A stretch of DNA of 64,000 bases from a virus. Position 1 is the first letter of the stretch. Every line of letters begins with the position of its first letter. The notes beneath the pieces were generated by a model that was not told the origin of the DNA, searched no databases, and saw only the letters and a list, made by a program, of their open reading frames with translations. Position numbers and translations under genes: made by a program. The stretch lies in IMG/VR virus record IMGVR_UViG_3300035698_007174, positions 4,684 through 68,683 of that record; one strand, given 5' to 3'. Positions 1 through 8,899 of this stretch are shown piece by piece.

Positions 1-188
1 AATCTGTTTTTGATATACCATTCATAATCTAATAGACTGCCTTTATCAGCAGCTTTGGCTATATCATTGTATAATTTATTCAAATACTTTTCAATTTCTA
101 CATTCAGGTAATTTCTTAATTTTGTGTTGTGAGCAAAAACATATCTTCTAAAATCTTGTTTTTCTTTCTCAGTTTCTAAATTAAGCAT
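1..188 (-). CDS. 5' part of gene following portal (probable head morphogenesis/minor head protein), truncated by window edge
   Basis: ATG at 188-186 overlaps the portal stop (TAATG); frame MLNLETEKEKQDFRRYVF... stays open to the edge; product inferred from position only. Confidence 0.5.
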   Translation of the reverse strand, partial: MLNLETEKEKQDFRRYVFAHNTKLRNYLNVEIEKYLNKLYNDIAKAADKGSLLDYEWYIKNR

Positions 189-1492
189 TAAGTTGTACCA
201 CCCGCATTAGTATCGTCTACATCTGGATCTCCACCCATATTCTCATCGATATGATCTTCAATCTCTTCTTCAGCTGCTTCCGCAGTTTTGGTAGTAAGAG
301 GAACCATAGCAGCAGGAACGAATAACATTTCACCACCATCAATAGTATCAAGACCAACAATCTTTCTCTTTTCGTTGACTGTCAGAAAATCGGCATTTTG
401 GGCCCGTTCCCATAAGATCTCTCTTTTGGAAGCAAGTGCAGGAATGTCGTTAATATCAAAGTCAAGAAACGTAGGAGCATTTTTAGATGAGAAGATCCAA
501 TTGTTCATTTCATCCCGAGTATAATACAAGTAATATACCAGAGTGTCTTCCCAGAAAGCCTGTCTAGCTTCTTTATAGTTTGAATAAGTACTATCCCCAG
601 GGATACCAATCAACTGTGGTGGAACACCATAAGCATAACTAATTCTACGGGAAAGTTCCCGATTAGTTTCTATGAAGTCCATCTCTTGTGGCGACCAGTT
701 ATAAGGTTTCGCATCTATATGGAAGTCTGATTCAAGTACTAAAGATTTCCCTGAATTTTCAGATCCAGAATATTTATCTTTTAAGTCTCTCTCCAATCGG
801 TCATACTGTTTGTCCGACAGAGAACCCTCTACCATAATAACCATACCTGGGCGACCTTCATTCTCCAGCATTTTCTTTTGCCAAGAAACAGCTTCATTTG
901 CTGTATCAATCTCTCTGGCAGCTGGCTCAGTAATGGAAGTTCCATAAAAGTCATCTAATGGGTTAAAAAACTTATTATGCAAAATATCTGAATGTTTTGT
1001 TATATCATCTACCAGAAAATCTTGTGTGTCATTATAAACATATTTAGCAATTTCACCAGTATTTTTGTCAAGAACTATTTTCATCTTGTCAGGACGCAGA
1101 ACATACATCTCTTTTGGTATCTCTTCTTTCCTCAGAGTGATTCTTTCCATATAAGAGTTACCAGCTATCAGTAGGTAAGCAATGTTCTTCAACATTAGAA
1201 AGTTCCATGATTCTTCCGGATTAGGTCGGTCCAACAGTTTATTCATTGGGTGTCCCAAGTTTCTCTTCTTTGAGTCGCCATCTCTATCATAGATAGCCCA
1301 GGGAACAGTTGCCATCGACTTACCGATCAGATCAATACATCTGAAAGATATGATATTCTTCAAATATGTTTCTTTAGCAAAGTTATCGTAATCTATGTCA
1401 GACCATCGGGCAGTTCCATACTGTGTATTTAGAATGGCTACTCTACTTCTTTTCTTTTCTGGCACTTTCTTTTTCTTTTTAAATATACCCAT
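188..1492 (-). CDS. Phage portal protein, HK97 family
   Basis: HPMNKLLDRPNP, LLIAGNSY, FNPLDDFYG, YGVPPQLIG...TYSN, LTVNEKR motifs; downstream of terL. Confidence 0.95.
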   Translation of the reverse strand: MGIFKKKKKVPEKKRSRVAILNTQYGTARWSDIDYDNFAKETYLKNIISFRCIDLIGKSMATVPWAIYDRDGDSKKRNLGHPMNKLLDRPNPEESWNFLMLKNIAYLLIAGNSYMERITLRKEEIPKEMYVLRPDKMKIVLDKNTGEIAKYVYNDTQDFLVDDITKHSDILHNKFFNPLDDFYGTSITEPAAREIDTANEAVSWQKKMLENEGRPGMVIMVEGSLSDKQYDRLERDLKDKYSGSENSGKSLVLESDFHIDAKPYNWSPQEMDFIETNRELSRRISYAYGVPPQLIGIPGDSTYSNYKEARQAFWEDTLVYYLYYTRDEMNNWIFSSKNAPTFLDFDINDIPALASKREILWERAQNADFLTVNEKRKIVGLDTIDGGEMLFVPAAMVPLTTKTAEAAEEEIEDHIDENMGGDPDVDDTNAGGTT

Positions 1493-1998
1493 TAAAATTC
1501 CACCCTACAGTTTCTTATTATTTGCATATTAGGAGTAAACACAACTTCACCATCATATCCATTGTATGCTATTACAAATCTATCAGTAGTATCCAACGCA
1601 TTCATGAAATGAGTGATTGCAATTAGTCTACCTCGATACCACATTTTTGCTGGAACTTCGATTATATAGTATACATCTTTCTTTTCATGAGGATTCACTC
1701 GAACATGATTGTCTGCATAAGAATGTTTTAATTTATATTTCTTTTCTACAACAGCCCATTCAAGTAAACTAGCAGCCTGTTCTTGTACATTAGGTCGTGC
1801 TAAGTAATTGTAACCTTTATGGCTGATTAGATATTCATTTAGATCATACGGAGTAAATTCAGATTCATTCCTTTCTTGAATTATGTTTGCAATACAAGTA
1901 GCCAAACAACCCCATTGTCCCAAGTAATCTACCCAAGTTGGGGAACTGGTCATTATAGCGTCTTTCCACTTGCCATCTGTCTGATTATTATATTTCAA
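1492..1998 (-). CDS. Peptidase C39-like cysteine hydrolase, candidate endolysin
   Basis: N-terminal NQTDGKW, GCLATCIA (catalytic Cys) and a later HF motif; adjacent to holin-like genes. Confidence 0.65.
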   Translation of the reverse strand: MKYNNQTDGKWKDAIMTSSPTWVDYLGQWGCLATCIANIIQERNESEFTPYDLNEYLISHKGYNYLARPNVQEQAASLLEWAVVEKKYKLKHSYADNHVRVNPHEKKDVYYIIEVPAKMWYRGRLIAITHFMNALDTTDRFVIAYNGYDGEVVFTPNMQIIRNCRVEF

Positions 1999-2008
1999 AA
2001 CTCCCCCC

Positions 2009-2239
2009 TTAATTTCCTGAAAGCATCATTAGAAACTCTGCAATAACCCCGACCAGCGAGAGTATGGATACTCCAAGTGCTGTCCAAATTACTTTAATAT
2101 ATGTTTCCACTTTCACAAGCCTTGTTGCCATCTCCAGCAAATCATTGGCCTGTTTGTCTTTTATAGTATGAACAAGTTTGAATAGCTCTTTTAAAGATTC
2201 TTTTATTTCTCTAATATCATCTCTGTACTCTTCGCTCAT
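2009..2239 (-). CDS. Holin-like protein (XhlA-like coiled coil plus C-terminal TM helix)
   Basis: Charged coiled coil (RLVKVE) followed by hydrophobic IWTALGVSILSLVGVIA. Confidence 0.55.
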   Translation of the reverse strand: MSEEYRDDIREIKESLKELFKLVHTIKDKQANDLLEMATRLVKVETYIKVIWTALGVSILSLVGVIAEFLMMLSGN

Positions 2240-2248
2240 ATTTTATTC

Positions 2249-2416
2249 CTATTTTGTTAATTCATCCCGAGAACCTATTGTGTCCATTTCAAAGTGAAAG
2301 TCCATTTCTAATAGAAAAGCATTTCCTGTAAAAGCATCTGTTGCACCATCTTCATCTGAATAGAAGTGGAAGTGATCCCATCTCTGATATTGATTATAAT
2401 CTTCTACAAAACTCAT
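2249..2416 (-). CDS. 55-aa small protein absent from the ORF track; N-terminus paralogous to 3892..4266
   Basis: Manual translation MSFVEDYNQYQRWDHFHFY...DTIGSRDELTK*; AAGGA upstream; fills the gap between neighbours. Confidence 0.7.
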   Translation of the reverse strand: MSFVEDYNQYQRWDHFHFYSDEDGATDAFTGNAFLLEMDFHFEMDTIGSRDELTK

Positions 2417-2419
2417 TGA

Positions 2420-3889
2420 CTATATCCTTAAAATTTTTAATGACTGGTTTATACTTGAGGTAGAGCTAGAAGTACTGCCACCACTTGCTGTATTCGGAAT
2501 ACTATTCCCTGCTCCAATATCACGTTCTGAGGAACTCCCCCCAATCTTACTAGCATCTTCAGCATCTTCTCGTGCAGATGAGTTATAGTTCAATCTTAAA
2601 TCTTGAGTAGATACATCATTTAATCCAGGATCTGTATTTTTATTATTAGTTACATTTACTAATTCTGTGGAATAATCTGTTGTATTCCCATACAAATTAT
2701 TTCCATCAATCTGTTCATTTCCATTCATGTCTTTTGGAATTACAATACCCTCATTACAACGGATCACAATATTATTTAATATATTAATGTATGTTCCAGG
2801 ATTCGTAACTGTCCATCCCTTTATGCCGATTACGGAAGCTCCATTCATACCATCAAGTGTATTTTGGGCAAGAATAAATGGCTGTTGATTTTGCTCATCC
2901 ATGCCTATTAAAAACCCAGAATCATTCTGTATCTCATTGCCGACAAATATTCCATAATTCCCATATACCTGGTAAGTCCCTCCGTTGTTGTAGACCTTGT
3001 TATAACCACAGAAATACCCACCATCAAAATTGATACCCCATCCGGAATTACCATATACGTTACAATATCCAATATAACTAGCATTATCTAAATTTATGCC
3101 TACTCCAGTATTATCATAAATATGACAATTCCAAACCTCACAAGCATCATCCCCAGTAATACCACCTCCACCAAAACCATGTATGTGACATTTTCTAAGT
3201 GAGAAATTATCAAGCCCACCAGCTCCATCAAAACCTACACCAGAACCACCATAAGCATCAAAATTTTCATAAATAGTGGTGAAATTCAACTTTATCCCAA
3301 TCGAGGTTCCCGAAGCATTCAACTCAACTGGGTTAGGATAATCAGCTTCCCCCGTTGTAGCATCTACACCAAGACAATGTATTGCATTTTTATATTTAGC
3401 GTATAAAGTACTACTTGGAGTATGTCCGGTTTCAAGAATTGCACTATTAGCATTTGCTGTTGAATACACAACAGCGTTAGAAACTTTTAAAACATCTCCA
3501 TCTGCATATAAAGAAGCTGTTCTAGGATAATCTAAAGTGAGCAAAGCACCTCCCACAATCAAAGAGGAAGCTGTAGAATCTGAGGTGTATGCTATGTCTA
3601 AATCAATAGAGACTCCTGTGTTTACTGCAGTGATCTTGTATCTCCCAGTTGTGTATACTACTCCATCTACAAGATAAACGTAAGCTCCTACTACAGCATT
3701 TGTAAATGCCCCAGAAGCTCTTACAAAAGCAGCTCCATTATTAGTCAGAGCAATACTAGAAAGAGAATCCAAAGGAGCCCCATTAACTCCCTGAAAAGTT
3801 GTCCAGGTTGCGGGACTCTCATACATACCACCATTAGTATCATTAGCACTGGCTCCTGTGCCAGTACCCACTATAACAATATTTTTCAT
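2420..3889 (-). CDS. Right-handed parallel beta-helix (pectin lyase-like) protein, possible virion spike/depolymerase
   Basis: Repeats such as CHIHGFGGGGI / CHIYDNTGVGI / CNVYGNSGWGI; C-terminal DPGL...DLRL...RDIGA; start likely MKNIV at 3889. Confidence 0.7.
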   Translation of the reverse strand: MKNIVIVGTGTGASANDTNGGMYESPATWTTFQGVNGAPLDSLSSIALTNNGAAFVRASGAFTNAVVGAYVYLVDGVVYTTGRYKITAVNTGVSIDLDIAYTSDSTASSLIVGGALLTLDYPRTASLYADGDVLKVSNAVVYSTANANSAILETGHTPSSTLYAKYKNAIHCLGVDATTGEADYPNPVELNASGTSIGIKLNFTTIYENFDAYGGSGVGFDGAGGLDNFSLRKCHIHGFGGGGITGDDACEVWNCHIYDNTGVGINLDNASYIGYCNVYGNSGWGINFDGGYFCGYNKVYNNGGTYQVYGNYGIFVGNEIQNDSGFLIGMDEQNQQPFILAQNTLDGMNGASVIGIKGWTVTNPGTYINILNNIVIRCNEGIVIPKDMNGNEQIDGNNLYGNTTDYSTELVNVTNNKNTDPGLNDVSTQDLRLNYNSSAREDAEDASKIGGSSSERDIGAGNSIPNTASGGSTSSSTSSINQSLKILRI

Positions 3890-3891
3890 AT

Positions 3892-4266
3892 TTACCCCTG
3901 CACAGACCATCCAACTAATTCTATACCAAGCACATTTACTAGAGAAGCTAGTGATATGTTGACTGTTAATTCTACTCCAGAAGCCAACAAAAGGGGCTTT
4001 TCAAATGTAGCCCATAAATCTGTTAGACCGCTAAGAGATTCACTCAATAATTTAAAATTATACTCCGAACCATAAGGACTATTAAAATAAACTGTAAGAT
4101 CTTCACTACTCAAAAAAACAGAAGAACAATGCACCTTGACTTCCTTTATTTTCCATTGCTTACTCAAAGAAGTAGTCTCAGTAATAACACCAGTACTTCC
4201 TCCAGACACATAAAAATGGAACTGAGCCCATCTTTCATATTGATTATAATCATCACTAAAAGCCAT
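3892..4266 (-). CDS. Hypothetical beta-rich protein, possibly virion-associated
   Basis: 124-aa ORF with GGAG RBS in the late operon. Confidence 0.55.
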   Translation of the reverse strand: MAFSDDYNQYERWAQFHFYVSGGSTGVITETTSLSKQWKIKEVKVHCSSVFLSSEDLTVYFNSPYGSEYNFKLLSESLSGLTDLWATFEKPLLLASGVELTVNISLASLVNVLGIELVGWSVQG

Positions 4267-4553
4267 TATTTGTCTCCTTTAATATTGTTGATAATTTTTG
4301 ATATGTCTATAGGCAGAGCTGATCCAGAGATAAATCCGGCCACCACACAAGCAGCTATGGCTGACTCCAGGGTAAATTGATCGTTTATCACTAAATGATA
4401 GTTCATTGCTATTAAGTAGCATCCTGCTATGAATTTAGTAGCGATAGAGTACGTCTTACCCCATCTGATCTTCCTTCTCTGTTTCTCTATAATCTCGGTT
4501 GGAGACATTTTCTTTTCCTTATAATTTGTAATACTTGCCATTAGAATAACCAC
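4266..4553 (-). CDS. Small two-TM membrane protein (holin-like)
   Basis: Two hydrophobic segments and a basic C-terminus; real start probably MSPTE. Confidence 0.5.
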   Translation of the reverse strand: MVILMASITNYKEKKMSPTEIIEKQRRKIRWGKTYSIATKFIAGCYLIAMNYHLVINDQFTLESAIAACVVAGFISGSALPIDISKIINNIKGDK

Positions 4554-4999
4554 CCAAATCCTATTTTTAAATCCATACCATATTCATCATATATATTAAT
4601 ATCAAGTCCAGGAGAAAATAGAAAATGATTGTAAAATAATACTAAAATATCCATCCCCATTGTAAAATCTGGTCGAAGAATAGACCCACTATTTGGTATT
4701 CGTCTTTGCATAGAATCAATTCCAACTCCAATAGTAGCATTAAAAGTAAATCCAAGTCTAAATTCTTTGTCAACCTTTTTTTTAAACGTCTTTAATTCTT
4801 CAATACGTTTCATTTGATCCTGAGTTATTGCTCGATACTCTTCTGTCATGTAATATAATTCTTCAAACTTTTCCCATTTCTCTTGTTCAGGTAAGTTCTT
4901 CCATCTATCAGGCATCTCACTCGAAAAACTCAGTACGGATATCCCCAAGACGATCATCAAGATTATCAATTTTTTCATTAGTTTTTTCATCAATTGCAT
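4541..4999 (-). CDS. Exported protein with signal peptide, coiled coil and beta-strand C-terminus (possible lysis accessory)
   Basis: MKKLIILMIVLGISVLSFS signal; ends in alternating ...LKIGFGWLF. Confidence 0.5.
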   Translation of the reverse strand: MQLMKKLMKKLIILMIVLGISVLSFSSEMPDRWKNLPEQEKWEKFEELYYMTEEYRAITQDQMKRIEELKTFKKKVDKEFRLGFTFNATIGVGIDSMQRRIPNSGSILRPDFTMGMDILVLFYNHFLFSPGLDINIYDEYGMDLKIGFGWLF

Positions 5000-5108
5000 C
5001 CTTAATTTCTTCTCTTCTTACTCTAGCCTTATTTGCTTTGATAAAGATTCCCAAAATCACAAAAGCCACACCAACTAAACATATTGCTATTCCAATACCA
5101 ACTATCAT
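4917..5108 (-). CDS. Single-TM protein with charged coiled coil
   Basis: GGAGG RBS directly after terL; N-terminal hydrophobic helix; overlaps the next gene. Confidence 0.55.
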   Translation of the reverse strand: MIVGIGIAICLVGVAFVILGIFIKANKARVRREEIKDAIDEKTNEKIDNLDDRLGDIRTEFFE

Positions 5109-5109
5109 A

Positions 5110-6426
5110 TTATCCTCCGTAAATTACTCTTGATCGTAAACCCATCCGATAGGGAGCTAATTTGTCAAAAGCTCCAGCTGCAGCATCTACTTGGTCACAG
5201 TACTCTCCATCTGGGAAAAGTTCAATCTCATCCAAAAATGCTTCGTTCCAATGGCCCTTTACTAGTTTCACATTTCCTGCTTCTGCCTGAGATGAGAAAG
5301 GAGCTGCTCTCGATACTTTGTTTCCTGTAACTCTATCTGCCCGAAGTACAAACTCCGGTAATACTATTCTACGATAATGATCAATTGTATATTTTCCTGA
5401 AGATCCAGGTTCTTGCTCAATATAGATTGGAATTGTTGTTCCATCTATATCTGCAGTTTGCCTAATCATTTGTTCTGCATAGAGAGGTTCTTTTCTAAAT
5501 CTAACGATAGTCTCGATATAGTAGATACCATCCTTTGATTTGGTCATTTTGACACCAGCAGTATACTTTGGAGGTGTTCCGGTCCTTTTCACTTCAGTAG
5601 CAGCTAAATCCCAATAGCGTGTCGTTTTGCCCTCCACAGGAGCAGCATCAACGAGTCCGAACCATCCCCGATCAAACATAGAACCTTTTTCCATTAGTTC
5701 CCAATTTCCATCTTTCAGTTGAGCCCTAGTAATAGGATCGAGGTTTTCTAACGACCTATTGTACCCATCCTGATCAAGAAAAGGATTATCATTCATTCTT
5801 GCTGGAATAAATAGAACTCCAGGTTTCTTTGTTCTTGGATCTACATATCTATGCTTTACCCAAGCACCTCTGCCAAACTGCTCCCTAGAAGGAGGATTGC
5901 TGGCAGCTCTAAATCTCAGAGGAATCTTAACCCCTTTCAATGTTCTCATACGAGAGAATAGATAGAGAGCTTGTTCTTTTCTGATAGCGACTGCTTCATC
6001 AACTCCTACATATTGGAATTGTGCAGATTGATAATTGTAATGATCCCGAGGACCATCCAAGTATCCAAAGTTCAAAGTTGCACCGGAAGGGAAAGTAAAT
6101 CTCTTTCTGTCCTCATTCCAGTTTGCATCCGTATTGTCTAACCACTGATGAGCTACATCTAATAAGGAATCCGGAAGTGTAAGATTCCGGAAAGTATCAC
6201 GCAAAAGAATTGCATTATAATGTGGTTGATCTACATATTGTAAAGCTCCGGCTAAAAGAGCAATTGACTTGCCCCCACCAGCTGCACCACCAAAAAAAGC
6301 ATCTTCCCCTTCATACCACAAAAAAGCAGCCTGTTTGACTGTTGGTTCTATAGGAATATACTTTGTCCATTTAGGTAGTAGTAATTTCTTTATTTCTGGA
6401 TTATTTTGAATCGTCTTTAGGTTCAT
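5110..6426 (-). CDS. terL: Terminase large subunit
   Basis: Walker A GGAAGGGKS, Walker B VGVDEA, ASNP coupling motif, nuclease YWDLAA and DQVDA. Confidence 0.95.
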   Translation of the reverse strand: MNLKTIQNNPEIKKLLLPKWTKYIPIEPTVKQAAFLWYEGEDAFFGGAAGGGKSIALLAGALQYVDQPHYNAILLRDTFRNLTLPDSLLDVAHQWLDNTDANWNEDRKRFTFPSGATLNFGYLDGPRDHYNYQSAQFQYVGVDEAVAIRKEQALYLFSRMRTLKGVKIPLRFRAASNPPSREQFGRGAWVKHRYVDPRTKKPGVLFIPARMNDNPFLDQDGYNRSLENLDPITRAQLKDGNWELMEKGSMFDRGWFGLVDAAPVEGKTTRYWDLAATEVKRTGTPPKYTAGVKMTKSKDGIYYIETIVRFRKEPLYAEQMIRQTADIDGTTIPIYIEQEPGSSGKYTIDHYRRIVLPEFVLRADRVTGNKVSRAAPFSSQAEAGNVKLVKGHWNEAFLDEIELFPDGEYCDQVDAAAGAFDKLAPYRMGLRSRVIYGG

Positions 6427-6973
6427 CTATTTGCTCCTGAACTATTTCTGCATCTACAGCTCCGGATATGTCGATGGCTCCGGTTGCTACAAGTATATGA
6501 AGAACTTCAGCTGCTTTCTCGTCTATAGTTTTGACTGATAGATTTACGTTTTTAGTCTCTGTTGTGTTGATTTTTGCTTGAACCTTAGAAGTGGTCCACT
6601 CGAAGCGATTGGTCATATTCATCATCCACAAAACGTGGTTGAAGTTTTTGTTTCCTATATTTACTCTGCCTTGTTCTAGCCACCATCTTTTTGACAGTTG
6701 CTTTCCGACTTCGACAGCTTCTTTAAACTCTTGGTGTTTTTTTAACCATACATAAAAAGTTTGTCTTGACACACCTAATTCAATTGCTATTGTTTCGATG
6801 TTTTTACCCTGAGCCATCTCTTCTATCACTATTTGGCAGAAAGATTCTCTGTAACTGCTTTTTCGTCCGGACATAGCTCTCTTGGGAGGTTCAATCTCTA
6901 CCAAAGAGAGATTTTTTATTTTTTCCGGAGATGGTAAATTTTCTTTATCTTTGGGGGTTTCTTTCCTACTCAT
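6401..6973 (-). CDS. terS: Terminase small subunit (HTH)
   Basis: GRKSSY, HTH IAIELGVSRQTFYVWLKKHQEF; immediately upstream of terL. Confidence 0.85.
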   Translation of the reverse strand: MSRKETPKDKENLPSPEKIKNLSLVEIEPPKRAMSGRKSSYRESFCQIVIEEMAQGKNIETIAIELGVSRQTFYVWLKKHQEFKEAVEVGKQLSKRWWLEQGRVNIGNKNFNHVLWMMNMTNRFEWTTSKVQAKINTTETKNVNLSVKTIDEKAAEVLHILVATGAIDISGAVDAEIVQEQIDEPKDDSK

Positions 6974-6979
6974 ATTCTT

Positions 6980-7008
6980 ATTATATAGGACTCTTTTTAG
7001 TTTGTCAA
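6980..7008 (-). promoter_or_regulatory. Consensus sigma70 promoter for the terS/late operon
   Basis: Minus strand TTGACA-17 nt-TATAAT, ending 6 nt before the terS ATG. Confidence 0.85.
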
Positions 7009-7058
7009 TACAAAGTTAGCTCAGACTTAAAATGTTAGATAAAACTAACTGTTTGAGC

Positions 7059-7085
7059 AAAAGAAAACCCTGGATTTCTCCAGGG
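7059..7085 (-). terminator. Rho-independent terminator after tRNA-Leu
   Basis: CCCTGGA-GAAA-TCCAGGG followed by TTTTCTTTT on the minus strand. Confidence 0.8.
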
Positions 7086-7090
7086 AATAT

Positions 7091-7165
7091 TCGGATAGAA
7101 GGGAATCGAACCCTCACCTGTACAGGATTTAAATCTGTTGACTCTACCAGTTGGTCTACTATCCG
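7091..7165 (-). tRNA. tRNA-Leu(TAA), short variable loop, no encoded CCA
   Basis: Acceptor CGGATAG/CTATCCG, D loop with TGG, anticodon arm ACAGA-TTTAAAT-CCTGT (one mismatch), T arm GAGGG-TTCGATT-CCCTT. Confidence 0.8.
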
Positions 7166-7294
7166 TTCTTTTTCTTTTTTGGTTTCTTATAAATATCTTC
7201 CTGATTATCGATCCAATCAAGAATAGGAAGGCCATTATACCCTTTCACCCAGATATACCATGCATATACTTGCATTCCAGTTCTGTACTTCCCA

Positions 7295-7492
7295 TCACAT
7301 TCTCCCGTTCAATCTAAAAAATAGATCTATGAGTTTCCACCCAAAAAACAATCCGGCAATTGCGATTACTCCAGCAATTTTGCTCGGGGCCGGAACGGGG
7401 ATTTTTAGAAAACTACAAACCCCTCCCAGGAAAAACCCAACAATAAATGCTTTAAGTATCTCATACAATATTGTTTTCATAATCCTCCTCAT
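7295..7492 (-). CDS. XapX/DUF1427-like small membrane protein
   Basis: GFFLGGVCSFLKIPVPAP..IAGVIAIAGLFFG signature. Confidence 0.75.
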   Translation of the reverse strand: MRRIMKTILYEILKAFIVGFFLGGVCSFLKIPVPAPSKIAGVIAIAGLFFGWKLIDLFFRLNGRM

Positions 7493-7718
7493 CTGCTTCT
7501 ATTTCTATCACTTCATCTTCAACAGCTTCTTTCAAATATAATTCAATTTCTTCATCACTAACCATTCCTACATATTTCAGTAATGCGATTGCTTCATTCT
7601 TTTTCATCTTATCCTCCAATTATAGCCATACATTTCATAAACGCTGCAACTGCTACTAGGATCCCTACCCATACCATTAGTACAAAGAAGGGAACTCCCA
7701 AAGCATCGAACAATTCTT

Positions 7719-8114
7719 TCATTCCAATTCCTCTACTTCAATATTATCCCACTCATACATACTAGTAATATTGAAAATGATTTTGTCTTTTTCTTCTGGT
7801 GTTTCTCGTAAATCCCATGGTAACTTACCATTATTCAGTACATATCCATAGCCTTCATGAAAATCATTTAATCCATCCATAGCAATCATGCTTGCCAGAC
7901 CTTCGAGATATTCAGACAGATCTTCAGCACTCCAAAAATGTTTATTGAATTCTTTTAATCGATCATCAAATGTCCCATCAACCTCTACTTCAATTTCAAT
8001 CTCATTGGTGGTCACTACTTCGATTTTGAATTTCTTTTTCATTCGCATCTCCCTACAAAGATCTCGCCTTCTTGGAAACAATAGAAATATTCTATCATTT
8101 GATCGTTGGTCCAA
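7719..8114 (-). CDS. Hypothetical acidic protein
   Basis: ORF in a chain of overlapping minus-strand genes; real start probably MRMKKK. Confidence 0.55.
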   Translation of the reverse strand: MDQRSNDRIFLLFPRRRDLCREMRMKKKFKIEVVTTNEIEIEVEVDGTFDDRLKEFNKHFWSAEDLSEYLEGLASMIAMDGLNDFHEGYGYVLNNGKLPWDLRETPEEKDKIIFNITSMYEWDNIEVEELE

Positions 8115-8278
8115 TACTGGATCAGAAATAAATCAATCTCTTTCTTATTTGGGTGTTTGATTATCTTTGTCAGTAATCCATATACTTTTCTTCCGGACTC
8201 AGGGTCAAAACCCCAACCAACTATAATTTCGCCTTTTTTAAGTCTTTCCTGTAAAGTCACTGTTTTTCTCCTTTCCAT
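8039..8278 (-). CDS. Hypothetical protein
   Basis: ORF overlapping its neighbours in the same operon. Confidence 0.5.
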   Translation of the reverse strand: MERRKTVTLQERLKKGEIIVGWGFDPESGRKVYGLLTKIIKHPNKKEIDLFLIQYWTNDQMIEYFYCFQEGEIFVGRCE

Positions 8279-8589
8279 CTTGGTGATTGTGTCGGATTCG
8301 GTTTCGGGACTGGTTTTGATGGAACTGGTTTTGGTTTACCATTCATCCGGAGTTCCTTTCTTTTGGACAAACTCATAGTATCCTCCGACCTTGCTCTCTT
8401 CTGCAGCAACGAAAACAATATCTGGAGTCTTTGGTGCTTTCCAAATAGAGTAGTATTCTTATCTGCTAGAACATCTGCAACATACTTATCGAATTCCCCA
8501 GGGAAACTAGATTCTATCTTAATGTCTTGTTCCAACTCTGCAACTTTGTCTTTCATGATTTCTTGATACATTCCCATATTTTCCTCCAA
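8257..8589 (-). CDS. Hypothetical protein with basic Pro/Lys tail
   Basis: GGAG RBS before MGMY; first CDS after the RNA genes. Confidence 0.55.
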   Translation of the reverse strand: MEENMGMYQEIMKDKVAELEQDIKIESSFPGEFDKYVADVLADKNTTLFGKHQRLQILFSLLQKRARSEDTMSLSKRKELRMNGKPKPVPSKPVPKPNPTQSPRWKGEKQ

Positions 8590-8684
8590 TTAAAAAATAA
8601 GCTGCAATCCCCACCAGTTTTAAATATTGCAGCAATCCGGACTAACCCTTCATCCGGTCCCTCAAGTGATCAACTCTACACAAT

Positions 8685-8756
8685 AGGATCGGGAGGGAGT
8701 CGAACCCTCAATCACCTGATTAACAGTCAGGAGCTTCACCATTAAGCTACCGATCC
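8685..8756 (-). tRNA. tRNA-Asn(GTT)
   Basis: Full cloverleaf: GGATCGG/CCGATCC, D arm GCTT/AAGC, CCTGA-CTGTTAA-TCAGG, GAGGG-TTCGACT-CCCTC. Confidence 0.92.
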
Positions 8757-8761
8757 AAGTT

Positions 8762-8855
8762 TCGGATAGATAGGAGTGGAACCTATATACAGCCAGCTAT
8801 GTGCGGATAATCCCGACTTATTTGTTAAGCAGCTATAGAGCTTTGTCTCTACCCG
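8762..8855 (-). ncRNA. tRNA-like RNA (acceptor stem and T arm, no canonical D stem or anticodon arm)
   Basis: CGGGTAG/CTATCCG acceptor, ATAGG-TTCCACT-CCTAT T arm, long internal helix; starts right after a consensus promoter and precedes tRNA-Asn by 5 nt. Confidence 0.6.
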
Positions 8856-8862
8856 TTACTTA

Positions 8863-8892
8863 ATTATACTCCACCAAAGCGTATTTTGTCAA
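8863..8892 (-). promoter_or_regulatory. Consensus sigma70 promoter for the RNA gene cluster
   Basis: Minus strand TTGACA-18 nt-TATAAT, 7 nt upstream of the tRNA-like RNA. Confidence 0.8.
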
Positions 8893-8899
8893 TCCCATT

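Noticed and set aside
7091-7165. Reading the tRNA anticodon as TTA (ochre suppressor), implying stop-codon recoding
   Set aside because: Standard numbering places TAA at 34-36, and conserved genes end properly at TAA, TAG and TGA with no fragmentation under code 11.
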